Shown piece by piece: positions 12,331 through 26,200 of a stretch of 64,000 nucleotides of DNA. Each line of letters starts with the position of its first letter. Positions within the stretch are counted from its first letter, which is position 1. Both the position numbers and the translations under genes were made by a program. The DNA comes from Selaginella moellendorffii. Taxonomy: Eukaryota > Plantae > Lycopodiophyta. The notes beneath the pieces were generated by a model that had not been told where the DNA came from, did no database searches, and saw nothing but the letters and a program-made list of their open reading frames with translations. The stretch covers positions 434,001-498,000 of the forward strand of contig NW_003314290.1 of assembly GCF_000143415.4 (NCBI RefSeq), given 5' to 3'.

Positions 12331-13297
12331 TTCTTTTCTTTGTTCCTTCTTTCTTTTTGCTAGAAGACTTTGAGAGCTTTGAACTTGCAGCGAGAGCTTT
12401 AAGCTCGATTATTGGAAAGGAGAGAAAAGAGCGTGAGGAACTAGGTAAATTATTTGTCCACAGCCCAAAGAAAAAATTATGAAAAGGACGTTCGTTCTTT
12501 GTCGCGCTGCTCGGATTTATCCGCGCCTCGGATAAATCCGATAGTGTACGGTAGCTCTTTCGTTTTTTCCTACCTTTTCTGGCCCGCCAAAGTGACCGCT
12601 ACGATCCCGCCACGTGGACGGCGGGAGACACATTCCGTTACGTAATCGCGCTCCATCGGGCGGTGGGATTAGGATCTATCCACACTTGAACGTATTCTAG
12701 GTAGTGAAGTTTTGTGCGCGCTATTCCTTGTTCGAGAAGGGTTTGGGAATGGCGAGCGCCAGCGAGCTCGATCCGACGCCCCGGTGCTAGCTCTTGGAAT
12801 CGGGAGCGGCGAGGCGCTCTACATTCCGCGGCGCGGCGGCGGTGGCGGCGTCGGCGGCGGCGCGGGGATTTCATCCGGTACGTCTTCCTGCCCGCATTCT
12901 CGGGCTACCGCGCATAAATGCTGACGCTCCGGCTGTGGATTTTGGAGGCAGGCGATTTCTTTTATCCCCGGAGCGCTGGCATCGCGTGTTTTGTTGCTTG
13001 TGCGGGGTCCAACGTCGCTAGCGCGGCCTCTCTTTTTGCCAGAAACAATGCTGTCCCCCTCGTGACAGAGCCAGGTACACAAATTGGAGATCTAAATTTT
13101 AGATTTTAGCTTGCAATGGCTGGGGGCGATTAAAGAATCCTTCGCCAAAGTCAAGTTGGGAGGGAGATAAAATATATGGACAGCTTTCCTCGGAGACGAG
13201 CGCACAGGCTACAAGCATCATCCAATCTTTTTCCGTGGCTCCTTCGACGAAGAAGCACAGCGCAGAAGTTTGGTGGGTTTGGGAATCTAGAACACTT

Positions 13298-13398
13298 NNN
13301 NNNNNNNNNNNNNNNNNNNNNNNNNNNNNNNNNNNNNNNNNNNNNNNNNNNNNNNNNNNNNNNNNNNNNNNNNNNNNNNNNNNNNNNNNNNNNNNNNN
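13298..13398. other. Assembly gap
   Basis: Run of N. Confidence 1.
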
Positions 13399-13441
13399 GG
13401 GATTGGATCATCACAGGTTGCTATGAGACAGCACGTAGTCC

Positions 13442-16400
13442 ATGGGTTGCGTTTGTGGGAAAGATAGTAGCTCCGGAGCATTCGGGAATGCCAATTCCGG
13501 CCTCCTCACGAACTTTAACAGCTCTAAGGCTCCCAAGGAGGGCTTCGTGATGGTGGATGACTTGAGCGGGGATTTGAGTGATGATGGTGGGGATAAGCTG
13601 GGAGTTTCTGATGCGGACATTGGGCTGCCGAGGCTAGCAAGGCTCTCTAGTCAGTATCTTCCTGCCAGTGGCTGTAAGATTACGCAGGTTCCAGATGGCA
13701 ATTTCGAGCTCCGGTTCTCGTTCCTCTCGCAGAGGGGCTACTATCCGGAGGCTTTGGACAAGGCCAACCAAGACAGTTTTTGTGTACATACTCACTTCGG
13801 GAAGAATCCCAACGACCATTTTTTCGGCGTGTTTGATGGCCACGGCGAGTTTGGTGCTGAGTGCTCGCAGTTCACGAAGAAACACTTGTGTGAGAATCTG
13901 CTCAAGCATGGCTGCTTCACCGCTGACGTTGTCCAGGCCTATCAGTCGGCTTTTATCACCACGAATCTCCAGCTCCACCGCTCTCAGGTTGACGACTCCA
14001 TGAGTGGTACCACGGCTATAACAGTTCTTGTCCGGGGGAAGACTCTGTACGTTGCAAATGTTGGTGATTCCAGAGCCGTGCTTGCTGAGAGGATCAACGG
14101 TAAGCTGACTGCGGTAGATCTTTCGAGTGACCAGACTCCTTTCAGGACTGATGAGTGCGAAAGGGTCAAAACGTGTGGAGCTAGAGTGCTCACACTGGAC
14201 CAACTTGAGGGCCTGAAGAGTCCTGCTTTACAGTGCTGGGGTGGGGAGGAGGACGACGATGGGGATCCTCCCCGCTTGTGGGTGGCAAATGGAATGTACC
14301 CGGGGACAGCTTTTACAAGAAGCATAGGTGACACAGTTGCTGAACGGATTGGAGTGATTGCCGTGCCGGAGGTGGCATCTTTCGAGATCAATGGTACGCA
14401 TCCCTTCTTCGTCCTCGCAAGCGATGGCGTGTTTGAGTTCCTCTCAAGCCAGGATGTTGTCGACATGGTAAGCCGTAGTGATGGTTGGAGACTAGCATTC
14501 TTAATCTAATGGCATTCGGATTTTCAGGTAGCGAAACACAAGGATCCACGTGATGCATGTGCGGCGATTGTAGCTGAATCATACCGTTTATGGTTGCAGT
14601 ATGAGACCCGTACTGATGATATCACAATCATTGTTGTGAACATTGACGGCTTGGAAGAGGTACAAGCTTACTTTATTTGTGTGTGCATTTATGACTTCTC
14701 TTCTTCTGTCGCAGGAGAATCACAATCAAAATGCGGTTTTCCACTGTAAAGGTGCTGAGCTCCCGTTTAAGCCGCGGGATTACAGTGAACCCGCAGAGCA
14801 GGTGCGTCCAGCGAGCCATGAAGTGTCTGCTGCAAAGCTGCGAGCAATTGAAGCTTCTCTAGAGCATCAAACAGAATGGGTGCCGCCGTCTGAGCAGCAG
14901 ATAAAAACCGATGAAGAGAAGGTTTGCTCGTCTTATTTGTAAGCTGGTGTAAAAGCTTGACTCTGGTTAAGACTTCAGGCGCGAATCAAGCATGCTTTAC
15001 AGGGCAACTTTCTCTTTCACAATCTCACAGAGAAACAATGGGAAACGCTGTACAATTGTTTTGAAAAAGTACAAGTTCAACCTGGAAAGATTATAATTCG
15101 TCAGGTAGATCATCCCGTAATCATAGAGTGTTTACGAGAAATGCTTCTATCAACAGGGGGCCGAAGACGATCACTTCTACATCGTTGAAAGCGGCAAGTT
15201 TGACGTGTTGGTGGCTCAGGTAAAAGTTAAACGCGATAAAACAATTCTGGCATAACCGGCCAACGTGCAGGATGAAAATCAAAGCGAAGATGACTTGGGA
15301 ACAATTGTGAACCAGTACACTGCTTACAATAGCCCTTGTTTTGGAGAGCTGGCATTGATGTAAGTCGCTTTCTCGAGCATTTCATATTTTTTACTCAACA
15401 CTTTGGATGCTTATGCAGGTATAATAAGCCCCGTCAGGCGTCTATTCGCGCTGTTACCGAAGGTACACTGTGGATGCTGGGTCGAGAAGCATTTAGAGGT
15501 TTACTGTCGATGAACACTCGAAGATCCGCACTGAAACATCTGCGGGCTGTAGAAGTCCTTGCGACGTTGAATATAGCGCAGCTTGTCCGTCTCGCCGATT
15601 CATTATCGGAAGTTAGCTTTCAGGACGGGGCAGTGATAGCACAGAAGGTACAGTGACATTAGGTGTAACCAACGAGATACTGAGTCGTTTGTTTTCTTAC
15701 GCAGGGCGCTGAAATCTCTACTTTTTATCTCTTACGGAAAGGTTTTGTTGATGTAAAGCACCATGGAGCTTTAGAAAATCTGACCGATAGAAAGGGTGAG
15801 GGGGATTACTTTGGCGAATGGGTGCTACGGGGTGAGCCTTCACGTTCTTTGACCGCAGTTGCAGTTGGTGATGTTGAGTGCTGGGCTATAAGCAGGGAAA
15901 CTCTCGAGAAAGCTGTTGGCCAGCTGGACCGAGTCATCGAAGACAACATGAAGTATGGTGCTCTCGCTGCTCGGTGTGTCTGCGCTCTAACATTTACGTT
16001 TTCAGGCTGCGGGAGAAGATACTCTCTTTGAGAAAGCAGCAATCTGCAAAGCTGGAGACTCTGTCGATAACTAGTGATTTAGGAGACTTGGTAAGTTTGT
16101 ACGAGTCTACAGCTTTTGCAATTTAAAAAGTACGACGTCCACATGCAGGAATGGCAAGAAACTGTATACACGACAGATTGCTGCGAGGTTGGGCTGGTTA
16201 GTTTAAAGAAAACAGGTAATGCTACAGTTCGTGTGTTTTTTTTGTTCCTTTTACTTCATGCGTTGTCTCTCTTTGAAGAGCAGGACAGGTTTTTAGCATG
16301 AAGCGTTATCCCTTGGAAGTTATCAAAGCACTCGGAAGGGAGTCCCAAGTACTGCAGGAAAAGATTCTGTTTCAAGACTTGAGCCCGTCTTTGTACGTGC

Positions 16401-17403
16401 CGCAAGTGGTATGCACTTCTGCGGATGAGAGGTACGCTGCAATGCTTCTCAATTGCGCGTTGGGGGGGCCGCTGTCCCTGATATTGAACACGCCGCTCTC
16501 GGAAGACTCTGCCCGGTTTATTGGTGCTTCTGTCGCCATGGCGATTGACTCTATGCATAAGGTACATTTTGGTTTCTTGTTGGAAATTCTTTTCCATTGA
16601 TTCATTGCTTCGAGTCCAGGATGGAGTTGTTTACCGTGGAGTATCTCCAGATATGCTTATGCTGGATAGAAAAGGACGACTACAGGTGACTAACTCTCCT
16701 CTCTTTTTCCTTGTGTATCTTACCAATTTATTTTCTGTCATGGTGACGTGCAGCTTGCTGATTTTCGGTTTGGCAAAAAGCTGTTAGACGAACGAGCTTA
16801 CACTATCTGCGGCATGGCTGATTTTCTCGCCCCCGAGATTATCAGAGGTCAAGGTCACGGCTTTGGTGCTGACTGGTAAGAACAAGCGTTGTTTTTTCAT
16901 GCTTTTTCTCGGCAAATGTGTATGATATTTCTTTCAGGTGGGCTTTGGGAGTGCTCTTGTATTACATGGTACAGAACGAGCTGCCGTTCGGATCGTGGCG
17001 AGACAGCGAGCTGGACATTTACAGCAAGATTGCCGGTAGGCAGCTAGTCTTCCCTTCCACTTTCAGCGGCGAACTCGTTGACTTGATCGACAAGGTATTC
17101 ATTGATTCATTTATTCCAAGCCCAGTAACTTCTTTGTGTTTATTTCTCCAGCTGCTGGTCGTGGACGTCTCCCAGAGGCTCGGCAGCCGAGGCATGGAGG
17201 AGATCAAGGCCCAGCCGTGGTTCGCCGGCCTCGACTGGGAGGCGCTGCTCGAGTGCCGCACGGACGTGCCTTTCGAGGTGTTAAGTCGGCTCCAGTCGGC
17301 ATTGAAGACGTCACGGGCGGACGACAGCCATCATCTGCTCATCAGTCCCTCGGCTACATCCGAAGAGTCGAGCACTGCGCCGCAGTGGCTGGAGAACTGG
17401 TAG
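13442..17403 (+). CDS. PP2C phosphatase + two cyclic-nucleotide-binding domains + AGC-type kinase (At2g20050-like), multi-exon
   Basis: MGCVC N-terminus (myristoylation/palmitoylation-like); [23 protein letters not shown]; [16 protein letters not shown] and YFGEWVL cNMP motifs; [31 protein letters not shown]; ends WLENW*. Confidence 0.93.
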
Positions 17404-17411
17404 AGTGGCGC

Positions 17412-17517
17412 AGGAAAGCTTTCAGCAATCACAACTCGCAGGGCCTGGAGTGGTGGAGTAGCGAGGAAAGCTTTCAGCAATCACAACTCGCAGGGCCTGG
17501 AGTGGTGGAGTAGCGAG
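17412..17517. repeat. Perfect 52-bp tandem duplication just after the stop codon
   Basis: aggaaagctttcagcaatcacaactcgcagggcctggagtggtggagtagcg occurs at 17412 and 17464. Confidence 0.9.
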
Positions 17518-17721
17518 CAAAATCCTTTCAAGCTCCAGGCAGAGCTCTACCTCTCGCCAGCTTTGGCAGACTCGCGGCGATCCAGACACAAGAGAGACAA
17601 AGAGGATAAAGAGCTCGTAAGTTTCTCGATGGAACGGGAGAGGCGTATGTTCTTCGGCCGGTCACTCTTTCCGTGCTTAAAGCCTAAAGGTGTGGAAATA
17701 AACTCGGGTTATGTGTTTAAG

Positions 17722-17803
17722 GTGGATGTGCCGGAGTGGTTATCGGGCATGACTCGAAATCATGTGGGCTTTGCCCGCGCAGGTTCGAATCCTGCCATCC
17801 ACG
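17722..17803 (+). tRNA. tRNA-Ser(CGA)
   Basis: Acceptor GTGGATG/CATCCAC+G, anticodon arm CATGA-CTCGAAA-TCATG, long variable arm, GGTTCGAATCC T-loop, downstream T-run. Confidence 0.97.
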
Positions 17804-18173
17804 AGTTTGTGTTTTTCTAAACCATTATTTTGCTGGTGATCTCCCACTTTTATCTGTCAGAGACGAATTCAGCCCTTGCAACTTGCGAGCAAACACTTGC
17901 ATGCAGAGACAAATGCGTGTGGCCGCCGCGTGAGAGAGATCGAAAAAGTCAAAGGAATCGAACAAAGTCGTGTCGTATCGTATCATCGCCATGTACATCA
18001 AAGCTTGACAAAATATGATGCCCAAAAGCACAAGGGAAAAGAAGCTCTAGAAAGTAAAAGAGAGAGTTCTAAGGATTGGATCGCAGGTTGTGAGCACTCA
18101 ATCGTTTCCTCGTCCTCGCCACCCGTGCGTCGAGAGAAAAAAAGAGAGAAAAGAAAGAGGAAAAGAAGAAGGC

Positions 18174-18476
18174 TCAAGATCTTGCCTTTCGAAACCTGTT
18201 CTTGAGCCAGCTGAAAACACCGCCTCCCCTCGACGACGAAGACTTTGCCGAGGACTTTGCACTGGTGCGATGGTGGTGCTGACGGTGGCGATCGTCGTCG
18301 CTGTCCGGGGCCATGATCGTCTTCTTGGTGATCCCATCGCCCTTTCCGCCCCTGGTGTTGCTACTGCTAAATCTCTGCGCCGGCTCCACCGGGTTGTTAA
18401 GTCCAAGCGTGTCGGCCCAGCTCCGGCCTGACGATCCCTGCCTCCTGATCGACACCCCCCGGCTGAGAGAAGCCAT
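18174..18476 (-). CDS. Small basic protein with MASS-like N-terminal motif, copy 1
   Basis: MASLSRGVSIRRQGSSGRSWAD...GVFSWLKNRFRKARS*; intronless; paralogs at 33954, 36130 and 36884. Confidence 0.8.
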   Translation of the reverse strand: MASLSRGVSIRRQGSSGRSWADTLGLNNPVEPAQRFSSSNTRGGKGDGITKKTIMAPDSDDDRHRQHHHRTSAKSSAKSSSSRGGGVFSWLKNRFRKARS

Positions 18477-20379
18477 CACCGACGACGGCGACGTTGATTC
18501 CTGGTGGTGATCCACAGCTGCGTGGAGAGAATTCACTGCCTGAGGTGGCGTTGCGGTGGAGTCGAGTTCGTGATCTTGGTGCTGGCCTGCGAATGCGAAA
18601 GAAAACTCAGCAAAAGGATAAAATCAATCGCAACTCAAACTCCGAGGAAGAACAAACCGACCAGGAGAAAGCATTTCAATTCTCTCCCAGAAGCCAGTAA
18701 GCACAAGAAAAAGGGAGGGGGGGAAGAGAGAGAGAGAGAGAGGAAACAAAGAAGAAACCATACCTAGTAGATTCACTACGAACGCTGCTTCTCTCTCGGC
18801 AAAAAACGAAAGAACACCCAACTCCACAAAGGAGGAGAGAAATTTAAGCAAAGCACAAGGAGAGGAAGTCCCGCGGTCCCTGACAAGGAAAGAGAGGTCT
18901 GAGCCGCTGGAGCGCGAGTTAAATCGGCCCCACGGTACCGACAATCGCTGCCATCGCCGTTGCGTTGACGCACAGGACAAGACTTGCGCCCAAATCTAAA
19001 ACCCACCTCGTCGCGATCGATTGAATGCTCCCTTGCTCGTGTCTTGCCGCGGAGAAAGAATCAATCAACGCTCGCCGCGGTCGCGATTGCCTAAGAGGTA
19101 AAGTAGGTCTTTTGCCGCAGTAAACATGGTTAAAATTCCGAATTGTCGAGGAAAATGTAAAAGAAATATAATTAAAATAGAACCTAAGATAAAAAGTGGT
19201 TTAAGTTTTTCTTATAATAAATTATGTGAAGAGGCTAACCAAGTATTAAACATAGCAAAGGTGAATTATAAAGACTCTTGAATTTATCATTTTAGTGCAA
19301 GTATAGATGGATGCATGATGCTCATTTTGGAAACCATGGCAGAAATAGTTGACAGTAATATCGTAGCATGGCTATAATTTTAAGTGGTTTTTAATTAAAT
19401 TTTATAAAAGTAAGTGTAGCTAGTCTTTGGCTCTAATAATGGCTGAAACCAATTCACAATAAACACAATTTTGAAATTAGATTTTTATGACCATGATGAA
19501 TTTCTTTATGTAATTTGAGATTGACAATTGATTTATATATATATTTAATTAATTATAACTTTAATAAATGGTTTAATTTTTTAAAATTTACTACAAAATG
19601 TAAAACTTGTGATTCATTGTATTGGAGAGAACAATAGTAATTTTTAAAAATAATATTCTGTAAGCACAAATATATGGATAAAACCCTTCTTCTACAAAAT
19701 TATTTTTATGTTGTATATAACATTCCAAAAAGTAGAAATTTATAACATGACTAACTTTACTTATAAATATATATGATTGTATCAATTTTTTGGTTTGCTT
19801 AAACAAATCTGTAAGGGTAGTGGATATACCAAGAATATTCTTGGAAATTCTACGATATTCTACCATCTAAGGGTTGTTATTCATTTAGATTAATCTTGTG
19901 TTTATAAATTACAAACATGCTTATAATTATAAACTTTATTTCATCATTTGGATTAATAAGAAGGAATAACACCACTATTACGCAAACTAAGCATTGCTAC
20001 ATGCAACACGTAACAAATTATTAGTACTATAAATTAAATTATATAGTATTATTGTTAATTTTTTTTGTGACTATAAGATCAAAATATGAAAATTAAGATA
20101 CTAAATACTTATATAATAAAAAATATTTATCAAAAATAAAATTTTAATTTAATTTATATATTTTTATTTAATATAAATAATAGAGTGTGCTTAGCTAAGA
20201 ATAAATAAAAAAGAATAGGTTTCAATTGTTTTAGTAATAAATAAAAGAACAAAAACTAAATAAAACTTTATATTTAATTTTAAAGATAATCAAAATCTAA
20301 AATTTCATTATAATAAGATGTTAGTTTTACTACTTATATAAATTTTCCCGTGATAACTTAGTTTTTATCAAATATATAT

Positions 20380-20554
20380 TGTGAGTGCTTGGAATATGAA
20401 AAGGGAATATAGAAAATGTGCATATCAATTAGCCCAAAACCCTAGCTTATATACAGGAATAAGTGGTCCAGATTGAAACCAATCTGACAGCTACCAAAAT
20501 CTCATTATGATAATATTAGTATATGGCATTGTAGTTGTACACTTGGCCCTCACA
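20380..20554 (-). mobile_element. Solo LTR of the short-LTR Gypsy family (~175 bp)
   Basis: TGTGAG...CTCACA termini; ATAT on both sides (4-bp TSD); reverse complement of the copies at 20601, 33141 and 33514. Confidence 0.8.
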
Positions 20555-21249
20555 ATATCTATTACTTTGTAATATCAAAAATAATATTTTTATATACTAT
20601 TGTAAGGTGTATAATTACAATGCCGTATACTATTATTAGCATAATGGGATTTTGGTAGATGTCAAATTTGTTTCAATCCAAACCACTTGCTCTTGTATAT
20701 AAGCTAGGGTTTTTTGGCTAATTAATATATACATTTCTGTATTCTATTTTAATATTATACACTCACATTGGTGGAGATGAAGAGTAGTTGTGATTGTCTC
20801 TAAAAAATGCTTGGATTTGGAATTTTGTTTTAAATCTAGATTTTACATTGTCTAGATCTCCCTTTTCTTATAGCTTTTCTCAATTTTTATATTTTTTTTT
20901 TGTTCTTTCCTTTTTGTTCATCTTCATAGTAGAGTAGTAGCCTTCTCTTTCTTTGACTTTAGAGCAAAAACTGATGCAATTGCTTAATGCTATGTAGTTG
21001 CAGTTGAAGAATTAGACTTAGTTGATAGCAGCATATAATACAATGTTTTTTGCATTTACTACCAATCCTTGAGTCCGACTGGATGTTTTCTATAGGAATC
21101 ATAGGGATGATGTGTACCATTGGTTCAATCACTTCATAATGATTCCCATATATCATTCTTGGGATGATGTTTAGCATTTGTGTGAATTTTCCATATGTCT
21201 TCAAAAGATAGCACTACAATGGTATAATGGTTTGAGCATAGCCACTCCT

Positions 21250-21395
21250 AAAGATTGAAGCATTCTCCTAGATGTTTTCAAATGCACATTTGGACATGCT
21301 AACAATTCCGATAATGCCCTCTTAAAGATTGGAGCATTTTCTTAAATGTTTTCAAATGCATATTTGGACATGCCAACAATTCTGATGATGCTTTC
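21250..21395. repeat. Imperfect ~75-bp tandem duplication
   Basis: aaagattg(a/g)agcatt...atgttttcaaatgca(c/t)atttggacatgc(t/c)aacaattc occurs twice. Confidence 0.7.
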
Positions 21396-22635
21396 CAATA
21401 ATTATATTGTCTTCGTCAAAGGTTATGCAATTTGGCATTCTGTTTCAAAGGCTTTTACTTTGTGTAGAGTCAAATATGTTAAAATGGATCAAGTTGGGAA
21501 TGTTATACTTATCACTTTGTCAAAATCATGTACGACTTATGTATGCATTTGGTCCAGCCACCCTTGACAATGTTGTTCGTTTAACACAATGCTATGAGAC
21601 ATTTGTAAGTGACTAAATTTTTCCATTTTACTTTAGTCACTTAACCACACCTCCGACCACTTGGAGGAGTCTCACTCACAACCTTCTTAAGTCCAATTCA
21701 GGACTTGGGACTTGCTAGTCCCAAGAATGGCATCCATGCCACTCCTCCCTTGCACTTGGTCCAAGTGCTCCACGTGTCTAGTCCCAAGACCGATACCCAA
21801 AGGTACCACTGACATATTGGCCTGTTACGCTAAGGCCATGCCCATTCACCTTTGCCGCACTGGTGGGTCCAATACCACTTGCATCACCATCTCGTCTCTC
21901 CAAGACTAGGCCATCTATCCACAAGTGATTATCCCAGATCCACTCCTTAGCATCCTTAGGATGCCCACAGACATGGGGAATAGCCTTCCCCAACATCCCT
22001 TTGTCAGTTCCTGCCAAGTCCCTTTTCCGTCAATGGCCATGTTCACCAACACTGCCACTAGATCAAGGCCCGCAGGCCCGGCCACTAAGTCCCATTGTCC
22101 TCTGGGACTTCCTCACCATGTGACCGTATCCATAGTAACTACACTAGAGGATTGCTCCTCCTCCTTTCCCCCATTTGGGACTTCGGGACAACATTTTGGA
22201 ACACCGTGGCCCTACGTGAGCTCCGTGGGTACTCTCCCCACCTTCCGCCTTTAGGTGCTCTAGCCATGGGCTTAGAGCGAGGTTCCGTTGAGCCACACCA
22301 GGTATCCAAGTAGGTAGTGCCACCCACACTTGGACTGGGAGCATCGGCCAGTCGATCTCCCGGGGGAACTAGAGCCGGCTCTTGAACACTTCACCAAGCT
22401 ACCCTGCTTGTCAGTCCGTATTCACTCTAGTCTTGGACTTCCCAGTGGTCAATTCATCACCCAACACTGGGTCTGGCCTTCCTGGGCCAAACTGGCCTTT
22501 CCTGGCCAAACTGGCCTTTCCTGGCCAAACTGGCTCCACTGCAGTCCTCCCCCTTACTATACTTTTGGAGCTCACCAAACCCCTCAGGGTCTAGGAGACG
22601 AACGCTTTGGGCTTTCACCCTCTTAGACTCGAACA

Positions 22636-23212
22636 TGGACTCGGATTTGGACTTGGACTCGGACTCGGACTCGGGCTCGGGCTCGGTCTCGGCCTCGGCC
22701 TCGGTCTCGGTCTCGGTCCCAATCTCGGTCTCGATCTCAGTCCCGGTCTTGGTCCCGGTCTCGGTCTCGACTTCGGACTCCATCTTGGGTCCATCTCGGA
22801 CTCCACCTCGGGTCCATCTCGGACTCCATCTCGGGTCCATCTCGGACTCCACCTCAGGTCCATCTCGGACTCCACCTCGGGTCCATCTCAGACTCCATCT
22901 CGGACTCCACCTCGGGTCCATCTCGGACTCCACCTCGGGTCCATCTCGGACTCCATCTCGGGTCCATCTCGGGTCCATCTCGGACTCCATCTCGGATCCA
23001 TCTCGGACTCCATCTCGGGTCCATTTCGGACTCCATCTCGGACTCCATCTCGAGTCCGTTTCGGGTCCATCTCGGACTCTGTCTCGGGTCCGTCTCGGAC
23101 TCAATCTCGGATCCATCTCGGGTCCACCTCGGACTCCACCTCGGACTCCATCTCGGGGTCCTCTCGGACTCCACTTCGGACTCCAACTCAAGTCCATCTC
23201 GGGTCCATCTCG
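22636..23212. repeat. Hexamer (ctcgga/ctcggt) plus 11/12-mer (ccatctcggact/ccatctcgggt) tandem array inside the LTR
   Basis: Directly visible; equivalent arrays at about 28894-29172 (inverted) and 30190-30760. Confidence 0.95.
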
Positions 23213-26200
23213 AACACTTCCACGTGTCATGTATTGGTCCTTTTGGGTCCCTTTTTGGATCCTCGCTTATTGCTCGCTTCGTGCTCATTCCTTGAGCACT
23301 TCGTTGGGAGTTCCACTCCCACTCTCGACCTTTTCAAGTCGGAGCTTTTAGTCCAAATGTGTTACGCTCGTTTGGCTTTCACTTCGGCCACTACCACGTG
23401 GCACCCTTTCGGCTCCACTTTTGGGCCTAGGGATTTTGTGTCTCACAACTCCACCACTCATAGATGAAGTTCGATGTCCTCATCGAACGATAAACTATTT
23501 TATAAAGTAATACCAACTTGTATTACCATTTCCATCTTTGGCCCCTCGCCAATATTCGTCAATGGTCTGATATTGAAGGCTCATCATGCCTTCCCCATCC
23601 TCTAAGGAGTGTAGTCTCTCCAACTTAAAGACTGATTGGACCACTTGTGGTGGTTCTCTCCTTTTTACTGGTTTAGTTCTCACTAAACTTGTTAGAGACA
23701 CCTTCTCTAACTCAATCCCACTACTCATTCTCGAATGGTCTCACTTTCCATCAATATAACCCTTTGCACTTTGGAACCTTTTAATTTTGACTTCTCAGAG
23801 TCAATTTCCTAGGTGTTTAGGCACCATCATCCTCTCTTCAATATCGTGCCACCCTTGGCACTAAGTTCTAGCTATCGTAATTCGTGCTAGGGTTGTCCAT
23901 GGCCCTATCATTTGGCTACTTTACCACTCCATCCCTTGGAGCTTCCCCCTTCGCCAAATCGGAGCAATTGGGAATCTATCCTTGGAAACACATTGCTTTC
24001 TAATAATCTGTTAGCATCCAACACATTAGTGTTCTTGGACTAACTTTGCCATTTGACTTCTATCCCATGATTCCCGTGGCCCTTTTCTTAGCCACTAGTT
24101 TTTTGCTCCTATCCTTGATTGTTGCACCACGCAACACAGGATCGTCACCTCCATTCTCGAGGTATTCTTTCAATTCCATAGTAAAGACTTTGCTTTGCCA
24201 AGTCCAAAGGGTATTCACCCCTAGTACGTCTCCTTAGCATTTTCTGCTATGGGCTCTATTATGGCCCAACTTTGAGACCCTCCGATAGATCTTTTATAAA
24301 GACTACTTTCGTCGGACTTATTATGCCATCGCATTGACAACTCATTTCCCTTAGGTGTTCCTCCCACTTGGTCACCTTGACCAAGCCACACCATCATCAA
24401 TAGTTCTAATCAACACTTTAAATTTGGAACTTTATCCCTTAACCTCACAAGGACCTTGTCCTTGTTTTAGCCATAAGATCACATAGTGATCTAACCTTGG
24501 CACCTTAACAGGTTTGCCAATACATACTAGGTCTTCCAGACCTTTAAGTTGTTCACTATGACCCCAGGGGCATCCCCCACACTTGGCGGTGCACCCAAGC
24601 CAGCCCTTTCGGCCAAGGGTCCATAACAACTGAGACTAGGTGTCCCCGTCTCATTCACCACGACCTTGGTGCCACTTGGACCAAAGTGTTCAAATTAGAT
24701 ATGCTGAGCTTTCACACTAAGCAATCCAACCGTGTATCACGACTCCGAGGCATCCCTCGTTTGGCGGTGTGCCCAAATCAATCTCTCCACTGAGAGTCCA
24801 TGACCACCGAAATATGAGTGTCCTCATATTCCAAACCATCACCACGCCCTAGTGATTTGGGACTCGAACCCAAGCACTAGAGGGTCGGAACTCGAACCCA
24901 ACCTCTGTATATGCATCTACGGATGGCATCACACCGGATGCCTGGCGTGACTCCCCACACCGGTGCACCAACTTATATTCAAAGCGCGCTACAGATCACA
25001 ACTTAGGAACCTAGTTCCCCCGCACTGCCAAGTCCTCTCACTTGACAAGTCTGTGATCATGCATGGACTCCTCCATGCTCGGCCCCATGGCCCACCCTTT
25101 TTGAAGTTATCACCTTCAACTAGGGCATTTGTTCCCCCGACTTGCCAATCTCTTAGCAAGTCCTCCGACCACTGTAATATAGTTCCTGCATAAGCGTGAA
25201 AGTTCTTGGCCATCGGCTTTCGTTCAAAGCCCTCTTTTTGAACACTTGGGGACTACTTCCCTAACCTTGATAGCTTTGCCTCACGGCAAGCTTCAAAACC
25301 GCGCTTCTGCTGCGCCACTTTGATTTCGTGCATTTCATGAACCATTTACACTTGGCCTTTCTAGGTACTAAGCTACCTAGAATCGTCTTTAGAAACCTTG
25401 AAGCAACTTTGTCCCTTAGCTTGCTAAGGCCTCCCTTTTCGCAAGCTTTATAGTTGCCATATAGTCTAACATGGACAATTCCATATTTTAGACTCTCCAT
25501 GGCATCACAGTTGTTAGCAACAACATCCTCAAACACCCTCTTGATTCTCCACTCCCAACTTGCATAACCACCGTTGGATATGCCCTTCGATTTCTATGGT
25601 TCAATTCCATCCCAATACTACTTGCCTTTTGGCCCTATATGTTTCCTTTGGTTATTCTCCTCAAGACTAGGAGGATAGCTTTGCACATTTTACTATGCCT
25701 TAGCAAGTATTCTTAGGGATGAACCTACCCGATAACCTAGGGAGTGGTTCCTCAATCTTGGGCATGCTCACCTTATAATCCCACACATTGGGACTAATGT
25801 TGCTGCTTTTGGGCCTTTACATGCCCATCACTAGCCTTGCCAGAATTCCATTTTTGGCTTTGTCTAATTTGGGTAGACAGTCTTCTCCTATCTCCACAAC
25901 CTTGGACATCTGGATAACATCTACTATCCATCATTTGCTAGGGACTTAGTCCTTTGGGCCTTATCTATTGCCCTTGCGACACGAAACACCACCTCCTGGT
26001 GTTTTAGAGTGTTTGGGTGTCCCAATAATGGCCTCCTGACAATGAGCATTCCCGTTTACGACATTGACTTACTATATCACAACATAAGCAATTTATCCCC
26101 CGTAAGGGTATATTTAACTTCCTTATGCCATTAAGAAGTCTTGGGTAGCTACCTTCTACCCATTTAACCAATTATCTTGCACCTCTCGCTTAGTTGCCCC

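Noticed and set aside
13442-17403. Phosphatase-cNMP-kinase triple fusion as a novelty
   Set aside because: Known conserved plant architecture (At2g20050-like).
20380-20554. Cassandra (5S-containing) TRIM or MITE identity for the 175-bp repeat
   Set aside because: No 5S A/C-box similarity; the same repeat is linked to a PBS and an integrase remnant, so it is a Gypsy LTR.
22636-23212. CRISPR-like appearance of the repeat array
   Set aside because: Contiguous tandem units with no unique spacers, in a eukaryotic LTR, with no cas genes.
22457-23467. Long ORFs in several frames (SPRW/ESEM/GLHL repeats), also at 28164-29453 and 30154-31190
   Set aside because: Products of stop-free 6- and 12-bp tandem repeats inside LTRs and of N gaps; no protein-family signal.
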